Assembly: GCA_963841735.1 (NCBI GenBank)
Contig: CAWJDT010000001.1
Span: 416,001-480,000 of the forward strand
Direction of reading: 5' to 3'
DNA: 64,000 bases
Source of the DNA: an uncultured Actinomycetes bacterium
GTDB taxonomy: Bacteria; Actinomycetota; Thermoleophilia; RBG-16-64-13
Below the pieces are notes generated by a model. It did not search any database. It saw only the letters and a list, made by a program, of their open reading frames with translations, and was not told where the DNA came from. Of the stretch, positions 9,622-19,149 are shown one piece after another; position 1 is the stretch's first letter; every line of letters starts with the position of its first letter. Made by a program: the position numbers and the translations under genes.

Positions 9622-9708
9622 ACGTAGGGAGGCCGTCAGGCTCTGGTCAATATCTGGCGTTGTTTGGACGGGGTGACGCGGGAGACGTGGGGTGAGTCTG
9701 AGCGCGGG
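9622..9708 (+). repeat. Array repeat copy 5
   Basis: ACGTAGGGAGG...TCAATATCTGGCGTTGTTTGGACGG...GTGAGTCTGAGCGCGGG. Confidence 0.75.
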
Positions 9709-9900
9709 CGATCAGATACGGGACCAGCAACAGCGACGACCCAGTGGTGGTGGTGATCATCATCATCATCCTGCCGACGACTTGTTGATGATGATGATGT
9801 TCTTGGTGGTGGTTGTGGTGGTGGCGACGACGGCGTTGCGCGTCATCATGACGATGGCGATGACATCCTCGCGGTTATCCTTGATGCATGAGCTTTGGCC

Positions 9901-9980
9901 AACCCCGCAATGATTGCGGGGTTTGTTGCGGGATAGCCCGGAGGCGGCCAATTCCTCTCCCGTATCACGCAATGATTGCG
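9901..9980. promoter_or_regulatory. Two CGCAATGATTGCG palindromes, centres 62 bp apart
   Basis: 9901-9923 has perfect 11 bp arms; second copy at 9968-9980. Confidence 0.5.
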
Positions 9981-10056
9981 GGTCCCTTTGCGCGAAATGG
10001 ACGAAACCAAGTGGACATGACCCGACAACCCTGGTTCCGACTCAGGGCGAAACACC

Positions 10057-11550
10057 TCATGTCAAAACGACCTCATAGCGCGTGGCGGGCCCTGAACCAG
10101 AACGCCGGAGCAATCCTAGCTCCGCCAAATGCCCCAGGTGGTACAGGGCGGCTCGGTCGCTCAGACTCATGGCCTCAGCGTACGATCGGGTCGTGACCAA
10201 CTCCTGCTGAGTGATCCACTGCCACCCCCGCAGCTCTGAATCACTTAGGGTCTTGGCCACGTGTTCTTCCAGCCCTCTCACTGCTGATTCGGCAAATCGG
10301 TAGAGCGTGAGGGCAAGATAAGGAGGTTCCCACCTGAATCGTGGCAAAGGTAGCGAGAACTCTACAGCTCCGTCCCTTAACGAGCCGAGGCCAAGGCCTT
10401 GTTCTTCCGCCATCCCCATGCGGGCAAACACAAAGTGAAGCACCGGGTTGCGGCTCAATGTGGGCGCGGAAAACTTCTGCATCTGCTCCAAGGTGATAGG
10501 AGGCGTCGGCGCTCCGGGGCTTCGGATCACAATGATGTCCGAATCAATAGCAATCTGGCACTTCGCGCCTTCAATGGAATAGTCGCGATGAATCAATGCG
10601 TTGACGACCGCTTCTCGGATCATTTCGAAAGGTAGTGCAGAGCGTTCAACTCTCTGCGTCCGGGTCCTCTCGAACACGTTCGGGAGCTTGTTCCGCAACC
10701 ATTGTTCGAGCAACTCCGGTATGAGCACCGCAGGCTCGTCGAACTCCTCCCGCTCCTTGTCACCGTTCGGGTAGGCTATCGAAGCTAGGAGTCCGGCCTG
10801 ACGCATCGCCCGACGAGGCTCCTTGCCAAAGAGCAACATGCCAAAGCCCGTCGGAACCATTCCGGCCGCCTCTTCCTTCAATAGGCCCTGCTGCAGTAGG
10901 CGCCGCTTGAACTCCGGTGAATCGGCAGATTCCGCGATTCCGGCGCGGCTGCGATACACCTCGATGGCTTCCGCAGAGAAGTCCGCCATAACCCCGGCCT
11001 GAAGCGGGTTCTCCAGAGGCGACAGAACAATCGCGGCGGACTCCATCTTTGCCTCGACCGCCCGCTCGTTGGCCTGCCTCAAGAATTCCTCGTTCTCCCT
11101 TTCGATGATGACCTGCAGGTCCCGGTCGAACATGTGAACCTCGATCCCGCTGGTCTCCAGGTACTGGATCCCCTTTCTAGCGACCTTGGGATCCGGGTCC
11201 TGAATGCCGACCCACACTGCCTTGAGTCGAGCAAGGCAAATGCGCTCGGCGCAGCAGACCTTGGGATTTCGTCGCGCACCTGGTGCGCACGGCTCTAGTG
11301 TGGCGAAGAGCGTTGACCCATCGAGTTTGGCGTCGCGGTTCTTCCGCTCCAGCAGAGTGAACTCCGCATGGTCCCCTTGACGCAGCTCGCCGCGGTAGGC
11401 TGTGTCGATTGTTCCATCAGCTCTTACCAGCACAGCCCCGACCCTGGGAGTGGCCTTGCCGTCGGATCGTGGTTCCTGCACAGAGTGGCGCATGACCTCG
11501 ACGGCGAGCTCCATCATCTCCCGCGGACTGAACCCTCCCTTGGCGTTCAC
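10057..11550 (-). CDS. Zn-dependent deaminase domain fused to HATPase_c_4 (RecG C-terminal-like) and wHTH
   Basis: HAE...TLEPC...C deaminase motif; REAVVNALIHRDY, SPG, SRNP, EQGLG; start approximate. Confidence 0.85.
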   Translation of the reverse strand: MNAKGGFSPREMMELAVEVMRHSVQEPRSDGKATPRVGAVLVRADGTIDTAYRGELRQGDHAEFTLLERKNRDAKLDGSTLFATLEPCAPGARRNPKVCCAERICLARLKAVWVGIQDPDPKVARKGIQYLETSGIEVHMFDRDLQVIIERENEEFLRQANERAVEAKMESAAIVLSPLENPLQAGVMADFSAEAIEVYRSRAGIAESADSPEFKRRLLQQGLLKEEAAGMVPTGFGMLLFGKEPRRAMRQAGLLASIAYPNGDKEREEFDEPAVLIPELLEQWLRNKLPNVFERTRTQRVERSALPFEMIREAVVNALIHRDYSIEGAKCQIAIDSDIIVIRSPGAPTPPITLEQMQKFSAPTLSRNPVLHFVFARMGMAEEQGLGLGSLRDGAVEFSLPLPRFRWEPPYLALTLYRFAESAVRGLEEHVAKTLSDSELRGWQWITQQELVTTRSYAEAMSLSDRAALYHLGHLAELGLLRRSGSGPATRYEVVLT

Positions 11551-11596
11551 TGGTTCAACCTCTCCCCCCATGTGCCGGCACAGCGAGTTCGTACTT

Positions 11597-11875
11597 CGCG
11601 CACCAGCGGATGATCCCCTCGATGAAGGCTCCGGCGCCGCACACCGGATCGAGCACGCGGTCATGTGGACCGGGCGGCCGTTCGCGGAACAGCAGCTGGA
11701 CCATGGCGTCGACGGTCTCGGGCGGTGTCGGAACGAATCCCTTCATGGTGAGTCCATCGTACACGACGGAGTGGACAGTCCGGCGGATGTGGCCTTGGTC
11801 TGCGCGCCGACGGAGCACAGAGCTCGAACAACTCAGTCTCCGCTGGACCTGGGGCGGTTCACTTGGCCGGTCCGT
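11597..11875 (-). pseudogene. Second methyltransferase 5' remnant with upstream region
   Basis: MKGFVPTPPETVDAMVQLLF...VLDPVCGAGAFIEGIIRWCA, nearly the same as 9401-9580. Confidence 0.8.
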
Positions 11876-11893
11876 GGAACCGGTGAGCCGGGG

Positions 11894-13156
11894 CTAGTAG
11901 GAGTAGCCCCAGACACGGCGTATGGGTGAGATGAATCCTGGAAGGCCAGTCTCCTCCTCGACTGTCTCGCCCAATAGTGTGAGACCAAGAAACCGTCTGA
12001 CCGGCGTGAACAGGTACAGCAGACGCCCGTCAGCTGAGGCAGCCCACACAACGAGCCCTTCCCCCGCGCTGGACTTCTTGGCGAGAGGCAGAGGCTGTCC
12101 CATACGATCCCAGCGGTCAAGTTGTTGGGTCCACGCCTCCGACATGAAGACCAGCCCGTCGACACCCTCGGCAGCCACTTCCTTCGCTACTTCATGCCAG
12201 AAGAAGTACTTGTCCGTCTGATTTCCGAAGTATGTCGAAATCATCTGCCAGCTCTTCTCAGGATGGTGCAACCACAAGAGGGTGGTGTGGTATCCATCAG
12301 TCCTCATCAAGTGTCGAGCTTGGGGAAGGAGCGCACGAGCGAACTCAAGGGGGTCATCTGGGTTGTCAGTGTGGCTCATGCGCGACGTTCCGTACCGCTT
12401 GACTACCTTCTGCTTGAAATCAGGGTCCTCTAGGCAATTCGGCGCGTCCCTAGTCACGAGTCCTTTCTCTTCAAAGGTCGTTGGGTCAACAACAATCTGG
12501 TAGTCATCCTCGGTCAGAGCAGGGCAACTATTGGGGATTGCCTTGACGATCTCGCCTGGTGGAGGAGTCGCCTTCCCTGCCACTCGGGCTTCGAAGTCAA
12601 GCACCAGCAGAACCATTATGTGGAGAAGCTCGCGCAGGGCGGCAAGAATCTCCTGGTCTGGGAGCGTGTCGACTTCCCAATGGCGCTCAACAATCAGCGT
12701 GGAGCCCTCCAACTGCTCGGCGGGGGTTGACTCTGCAACGACCGAGACGGCCTGTTGCGTTGTCAAGCACGGGGGCAGACTAAGGCTCGTCTTGAATGGG
12801 CACAAGTAGGAGTTGACGAGTGTGACGGTCGCGCGGCTGCTTGGAGCCAGACCTTCCTTCTTCACAACTCGGTTGCGCGCCTCGATGGCCCACTTGGCAG
12901 TGGAGTTGGCGCGAAGCAGCGACTGCCATGGTTCATACCACTGTTCGAAGTCAGACAGTTCCTTCTTGTTGGCTTGTACTCTGAAGGTGATGTTGCGTAG
13001 GTCCTGTATTAGGGTGTTGAGTGAGAATATGAACTCGCGGGGGTCGTGGTAGTTCCGACGGCATTCATCGAAGTAGTAGGTGGCCTTGTCCAGGACTTCC
13101 CTTACGCTGGAGACAGCCTCGGGCCTTTGGCTGCCCACGCTTCGCTTCTTGCTCAC
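11894..13156 (-). CDS. Hypothetical protein, possible HEPN-like N-terminus
   Basis: Long ORF; helical N-terminus with ARNRVVK (RNxxxH-like); start approximate. Confidence 0.65.
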   Translation of the reverse strand: MSKKRSVGSQRPEAVSSVREVLDKATYYFDECRRNYHDPREFIFSLNTLIQDLRNITFRVQANKKELSDFEQWYEPWQSLLRANSTAKWAIEARNRVVKKEGLAPSSRATVTLVNSYLCPFKTSLSLPPCLTTQQAVSVVAESTPAEQLEGSTLIVERHWEVDTLPDQEILAALRELLHIMVLLVLDFEARVAGKATPPPGEIVKAIPNSCPALTEDDYQIVVDPTTFEEKGLVTRDAPNCLEDPDFKQKVVKRYGTSRMSHTDNPDDPLEFARALLPQARHLMRTDGYHTTLLWLHHPEKSWQMISTYFGNQTDKYFFWHEVAKEVAAEGVDGLVFMSEAWTQQLDRWDRMGQPLPLAKKSSAGEGLVVWAASADGRLLYLFTPVRRFLGLTLLGETVEEETGLPGFISPIRRVWGYSY

Positions 13157-13387
13157 GAGCAACTCACCAGACTGCTCCCCCGCTTGCCAGCATGACTCAC
13201 TGAGACAACGAGACCCATCGTGCTGCAAAGAAACTACGCTCCGGCGCAAGGGTGGTCAAGTGGAATGCACTGCGAGCCAAACTGCGGTCTCTTGACACGG
13301 TGCGCGGCGTGGTCTGAATTCGACATCACCGCGGCAAGTGGCGCACCTCACCGCCCGGGCACCCGACTGAGACCAGAGGCAGCTCAG

Positions 13388-14315
13388 CTACAACTCGTCC
13401 GGCAACCCCTTCAACTCCGCCATGGAGAACACCGGCCCGTCCACGCACACATACTTGGGCCCGACGTTGCAGCGGCCGCAGATGCCTATGCCGCACTTCA
13501 TCCTCTTCTCGAGGGTGGTATAGGTCTGCTCGGGCGTGAAGCCTAGCTTCTCGAAGCTGATCAGGGCGAACTTGATCATGATGGGCGGACCGCAGGTGAT
13601 GGCTATGGTGTTGGCCGGGTCGGGGTTCATGCGCTCCAAGACCGTCGGCACCATGCCCACGTCGCACTGCCAGCCGTCGCACTCGCGGTCGATGGTGAGC
13701 ACCAGCTCGATGTCCTTGCGCTTCTGCCACTCCTCCACGTCATACCAGTAGGTGAAGTTGGTGGGGTGCGTCGCGCCGTACAGGATGGAGATGCCGGCGT
13801 AGTCGGCGCGGTGTTCCAGGGTGTATTCGATGGTGGCCTGTGACTCGTTTCGAAACGAAGCCGCGGCCGCCTAGTTCACGCCGGACGGCACAATACCACG
13901 TCCTCAGTCGCGCCAATAGCTCCGCTATTGACGCTCCTTGCGTCCTTGTCTTGCGCTTGCCCGGCGTGTCCCTGACGGCCGAGCGTCACTTCGAAACGAG
14001 TCTTGGAGCGCTGCCGAACCGATGCCGCCCAGGACGTAGAGGATCCTCTTGCCCTTCCAGGCCTCCACCGGGAAGCCGCAGCCCATGGGGGCGCGGATGC
14101 CCACCTTGTCGCCCTCGGACAGGTTGTGTAGAGCCTTGGTGACCTCGCCGGCCTTCATCACTGAGAACTGGATGAACTCCTTCTCGCTGGGCTTGGAGCT
14201 GATGGCGAAGGTCGACTCGCCTATTCCGAAGATACCCAGCTGGCCCACCTGGCCGGGGGCGAAGGTGAACTTCTCCTGCACGGCGGGATCGTCGAAGCGC
14301 ATGCGGAAGGTCTTG
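13388..14315 (-). pseudogene. 5'-truncated, diverged duplicate of flxA interrupted by a MITE
   Basis: Aligns to 26046-26808; same stop codon context; insertion at ~13841-14003. Confidence 0.92.
13841..14003. mobile_element. MITE (~163 bp) with 13 bp terminal inverted repeats
   Basis: GACTCGTTTCGAA (13842-13854) and TTCGAAACGAGTC (13990-14002); absent from intact flxA. Confidence 0.85.
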
Positions 14316-14350
14316 CGCGAACCATATACAGGGTTGGAGAGACACCGCGA

Positions 14351-14428
14351 GTCTCTTTTCAAGATCTGGTGCTGTTTCGACGAGTAGTGCGGGCAGCGGG
14401 GCGGTGAGTCTTCGCGCGGGGGGTAGCC
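14351..14428 (+). repeat. Array repeat copy 6
   Basis: GTCTCTTTTCAAGATCTGGTGCTGTTTCGACG...GTGAGTCTTCGCGCGGG. Confidence 0.85.
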
Positions 14429-14442
14429 GCACAGGCCTTGGC

Positions 14443-14720
14443 TTACAATAGCGTCCCTTGAACACCCGCTGTGTGCAGGCCATCGGACCGATCTAGGACA
14501 AACCGTGCCTTCTCAACCCTCAGCATCTCAAAGGGGGTCATGGGCTTGATGCCCATGCCAATGCACACGTTCGGGATCTTGATCTTCTTCACGCTCTGAG
14601 CCGGCACTTCGTGCGTCACCACTGTGTGCCCGTGCGCGAGTGCCTGCGCGACGAGGTAGAAGTCGGCGGCCTGCAAGAACGTCGTGACGGCGGCTGGGTC
14701 GTAACCCTGTTGGCTGGCCC
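14443..14720 (-). pseudogene. DUF4411 (PIN-like) protein C-terminal remnant
   Basis: FLQAADFYLVAQALAHGHTVVTHE...KIKIPNVC...TPFEML. Confidence 0.7.
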
Positions 14721-14810
14721 ACGAACTGCCTCGTACTCTCCGTCCACGTCGATGCCCGGGGTGTTGTCCCGCGCGACGCGGGGCGGGTTCACGTTGTCGA
14801 TGTACATTCG

Positions 14811-15035
14811 AGGTCGAGCACCCGGTCATCCGGTCCGGGCGGCCGTTCGCAAAACAGCAGCGCGACCATGGCGTCGACGGTCTCGGGGCGGTGTGGGGAA
14901 CGAATCCCTTCATAGTGAGTCCATCGTGCACGACGGAGTGGACGGTTCGAGGGCTGTGGCCTTAGTCTGCGCGCCGATAGGGCACAGAACTCAAACAACT
15001 CAGTCTCCATTAACCCTGCGGTTCACTGCTGGACG
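14811..15035 (-). pseudogene. Third methyltransferase 5' remnant with upstream region
   Basis: MKGFVP../ETVDAMVALLFCERPPGPDDRVLD; upstream region matches 11789-11865. Confidence 0.75.
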
Positions 15036-15036
15036 C

Positions 15037-15064
15037 GGGCGAACTTGATCACGATGGGCGGGCC
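15037..15064 (-). pseudogene. Short flxA remnant (GPPIVIKFA)
   Basis: GGGCGAACTTGATCACGATGGGCGGGCC versus 13564-13591 and 26222-26249. Confidence 0.6.
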
Positions 15065-15072
15065 CCCGCCGG

Positions 15073-17395
15073 TCAGGGTTCGCGGGCATGAAGCAGGCCA
15101 AGGGCAACAGTCACCACGACCGCGACGAGCACAAAGGCAAATGGCGTATAGCCGAACCCCGCGATCTCGGGGAGTCCGGTGTCGTGGGCGAACGCCAGCC
15201 CGGCGATCGAAGCAACCGTGATCGCCCCGGTGACCGGGAGGAATGCAGCCGTGCCCGTGACCACCCGCCGGGCGGGTGTCCGGCCGGACCTAACCATGAG
15301 CAGCCGAAACTCCCGTTCTTCAGAAACAAGCTGGAATCCCAGAGCGACGGCCATCAGGGCCACGAGCAGTGCCGCTCCGTAGCCGAGCATCTGCGAAAAC
15401 GCATAGAAGCCGCCATCCTGGTAGCCGGCGTCGATATCGATGAACGCCGCCGGCGCAATGGACCTGGCGAGGCCTTCCAGCTGACCCTGATCGGCCGCGG
15501 ACAAACTGGTGAAGTCGAGCAGCGCGATATCTCTCAGCTCATTGGGCTGACCTCCATAGCGGGCGAGGCTGTCAACCACAGCGTCCGGAAACCCCCCGCC
15601 ACCGCCCAGTAGTGAGGTCGGCACGGCGGCGACCGTGGCCAACGGGGTGAGCTCTCCCTCGCGCAGCCGGGCTATCACAACTTGCCCGTTCTCGATGAAG
15701 GACGGGTCTGCAAGGACGGAGTGCTCCTCCGGACGAGCATCGATCGTCCAGACTTCGGCCGGCTCGCCGATGGAGCCCCAGGTCGAGCCGTTCTCAATAG
15801 TAAGCTCGGCATCAAGGCCGGCGAGGATACGCTCCTCGTCAAGCGGCGGCAACATCGCTTCAACGGCCCGAGCGATGGACGGTCTGACAACGAGAAGACC
15901 CGTAGAGTCAAAGCGGGTTGACATCTCGTTGCCGGAGTTGGCATCAGCCAGCTGCCGCAGGACCTCGAGAGTGGTAACTTCTCGCACGGCCAGCGAACCC
16001 GCGGGCTGGAACGGACGATACCAGGCCTCCTCGATCTTGCTCCCGTGGGCGTACTCCGTCGCGGCGATGCTAGCCGCGAGAGCGATGACAGTCAGTATGA
16101 GAATAGCGGGCAGCGCCCGCTTTGAGCGCTGCCTATGGACGTATGCCAACGCGCGCAGTCTGGACCGTCGTGTCGCGGCCGCAAGCGCGACCGGGATGGC
16201 GAGTGATATCGCGGCTGAGCCGGTGAGCGCGAGCCACCAGTTGATGTCGGCGTACTCACGCGAACGCGGAAAGGCCACCATAGCCACGCCGGCGCAGCAC
16301 AGTACCAGCGCGATCCAGCCAGTTGCGCGCGGCAGTGGCCGTCTTCGTAGCGCTCGCTCGACAGCGGGTCGTCGCGCCGGAAGCACCGGAAGCAGGAGCG
16401 CGACGCACACGAGAACGAGGACGAAGATAGCTGTGGCCGGCCGTAGATCGAAGGGAACATCAAGCCAGCGCATACCCCACGGCCGCCCCGAGAGCCGCGG
16501 CGCCAGAAGAAACGTGAGCGCAACAACTATCCACCCTGCAAACGCGCCACACGCCGCCGAAAGCGCGCACGCCACAGAAACCACAGCTCCGGCCTGGCGC
16601 TCTCGCATTCCCGCTGCCACCAGCCCGCGATGCTCCACTGAGACCCCGGAATTGAACAGCATGACCAGAAAGGCGAACAGGCATGCCGCGATCACCAAGA
16701 ACGCCGGCCTGAAGTACGCGGACGAAACCCAACGGGCCTTGGTCGATCACCTCTGCCGCGAGCATCGTCTCAAAATCGGCCGAGTTGGCCGTGTAGCCTG
16801 AATCGCCCAGATACTCCGGTATGTCATTGACAAGCCACGCCGTAGGTTCATCCACGGTGGGGCCGGCAAGGCCGGCGATGGCAGCCCACTGGGGGCGCGT
16901 GGGCAGCACAAATATGCCCACTACTTCGAACACCTCGGCACCGATCTGTACCTGGTCCCCCACCGATACCGCCAGTCTGGCCGCGGCGGTTTCCGAGAGC
17001 GAGACCTCGCTTGCCGAGGAGGAGTGACTACCCGACACGAGCAGGCCAAACTCGGCGACGCGGGAATCGGCCGAGAAGGCGTCCAAGCCCACCCGGGAGC
17101 GGCCGACATCAGCGGAGCGGCCGCCTGCGTTGACTCGAACCTCGTCGGTCTGCACAGCGACGGCGCCTGTCACAGTGGGGACGGCTTGATCAGGGACTAT
17201 CTGAAGTCGGAACCCGCGATAGGTGGACTCTACCGACGCCCGCGTCTGTTGCAGCGTAGTCGAGTACGACATGTCCGCCACGGCAAACGCGGCAGCTAGG
17301 CACGTGGCAACGATCGCCACACCGAGGCAACGGAGCCGCTGCCAACCCATCAACCCCCAGGCCAGGCGGCAGACACGAGGCCAAATGCGGGTCAT
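15073..17395 (-). CDS. FtsX-like ABC transporter permease (split by a frameshift near 16700)
   Basis: Multiple TM segments, periplasmic domain (EVSLSETAAARLAVSVGD); follows an ABC ATPase. Confidence 0.65.
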
Positions 17396-18036
17396 TGGAC
17401 CGCGCTCGTCACTCGACCATCACGGATGTGGACTACGCGATCTGCCAGACCAGATACCAGAGGATCATGCGTCGCCACCAAGACGCCCACCTGGTGCGTT
17501 CGGGCGATCTCGACGAGCAGTCTGCCGATCTGGACACTGTTGTCCGCGTCGAGCGATCCGGTCGGCTCATCGGCCAACAGGTAACGCGGGCGCGTCGCGA
17601 CCGCTCGGGCTATCGCCACTCGCTGCTGCTCTCCGCCCGACAGGTGCACCGGGAGTTCCTTCATCTTGTCTGACAGCCCCACCGCCTTGAGTGCGCGATC
17701 AGAGCGGTCGGCGATGTCCTGAGGGCCGATCCGCTCAAGCAGCTCTACCGCGAGCGACACGTTGGCGTGAGCGTTGATAAACGGTACAAGCCGGTAATCT
17801 TGGTATATCCGAGCCAGCCCCCGCGTGCGCTGCTTGCCCCCCACCCGTTCGCCGTCGATGGTCACTTCTCCGTCGAAGCCGGGAAGATCACCCGAGAGAA
17901 CTCCGAGGAGCGTCGACTTGCCCGATCCCGAGGGACCAACCAACGCAGTGACCTCGCCCTCGCGCACGCACAGCGAAATGCCCCGCAAAACAGGAGCTGT
18001 CCCATATGCGAACTGCACGTTCGACGCCTGAATCAC
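17392..18036 (-). CDS. ABC transporter ATP-binding protein (LolD/MacB-like)
   Basis: GPSGSGKST, LSGGEQQR, LADEPTG, ATHD. Confidence 0.92.
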   Translation of the reverse strand: MIQASNVQFAYGTAPVLRGISLCVREGEVTALVGPSGSGKSTLLGVLSGDLPGFDGEVTIDGERVGGKQRTRGLARIYQDYRLVPFINAHANVSLAVELLERIGPQDIADRSDRALKAVGLSDKMKELPVHLSGGEQQRVAIARAVATRPRYLLADEPTGSLDADNSVQIGRLLVEIARTHQVGVLVATHDPLVSGLADRVVHIRDGRVTSAVQ

Positions 18037-18131
18037 CAGAGACCCCCCTTGCTATTGGCGCAGATCCGGTACGGCCCACGATAGCAGCGGAGGTGCCGCG
18101 CCGTCGGCGGCGCGGCACCTCCACAGGTGGG

Positions 18132-18458
18132 CTACAAGCCTGAGAGTTGGAGTGAAGGCGTACCGTCAACGCTGCTTTCGCCTGACTGATACGTCACATT
18201 CAGGGCCGTGAACCACACGGTCGCTTTGTCAGGCCAATTGTTCACGGTGTAGTAGCCCCGGGCTTTCGTGTCGGCGTTCAGTGAGTACGCTTTGGCCTTC
18301 ACGCTGTACTTGTCCGGCGACCAGGAGACGACACGCTTGACCTCCCACGCCGTTCCGCTCCCCCCAATGCCCAGGGCGGGTACGGAGATGACCAAAGCAC
18401 AAACCCCAACCAACGCCACAGCCAACGCGATCCTCAGTTTCCCGCGGAGGTGTTTCAT
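18132..18458 (-). CDS. Small secreted protein with Sec signal peptide
   Basis: Basic N-terminus, hydrophobic core, VPALG cleavage-like site. Confidence 0.6.
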   Translation of the reverse strand: MKHLRGKLRIALAVALVGVCALVISVPALGIGGSGTAWEVKRVVSWSPDKYSVKAKAYSLNADTKARGYYTVNNWPDKATVWFTALNVTYQSGESSVDGTPSLQLSGL

Positions 18459-18896
18459 TCTTGCGACTCCAGTCTACTCGATGACTTCAGCTGCCTTTGG
18501 CGCCCTTTTGCGCAGTGGCGGAAACGCCAGAGTGGGCCGCCATTTGATGCGCGCCTTGTACCCACGGCAAGACCGATAGCTCGATAGGCCCCCCCTTTCA
18601 GATTGCCTGGCATATGTCGGAGCCCTACCGGCCGTCTCGCCGCGCCTTCCGGCGTGGCTTCCTCCGCCAGCGCCCTACCCTCATATATGTCCGGCAGGCG
18701 CAAAACTGTGCCTTCCGACAATCGTGACCCACACGAGAGAGCCGCGTTTTGCGTGGATTCGCCGCTGCAGTTGGCTGTGAGAGCCGCCAGGACGGACTGG
18801 CGTCCGACAACCAGCGAGACTGGCCGTCCGCCACTGCTCGGCATTCCCAAAGGGCAAGGGTGGCGCCTCTCGGCGCCAGGTCTACCCGGCCACGGC

Positions 18897-18982
18897 GCGA
18901 GCAAGGACCTCTGCGTTCAGCCGGTCCCGCAGGGCGTCCGGGGCCACATCGAGGTCGTAGTCAGCCTGGAGCCCAAGCCAGC
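18897..18982 (-). pseudogene. HigA-like antitoxin C-terminal remnant
   Basis: LGLQADYDLDVAPDALRDRLNAEV resembles the HigA tail (WLNLQxxYDL). Confidence 0.5.
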
Positions 18983-19030
18983 AGCATCTGACTCCGTAGG
19001 ACTTTAGTTGGACTCTGGCGCGGAAAGAGC

Positions 19031-19105
19031 GTGCAAGATCTTGTGCTGTTCTGGCGCGGTTTATTGGCCGGCCGGGACGCGAGCCTTAGCCCTCGCGCAA
19101 CTCAC
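19031..19105 (+). repeat. Array repeat copy 7 (most diverged)
   Basis: GCAAGATCTTGTGCTGTTCTGGCG...GCGAGCCTTAGCCC. Confidence 0.65.
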
Positions 19106-19149
19106 ACCATTGCCAAGCTGACGCCGTTCGTTCTGCTACTCCACCTTGA

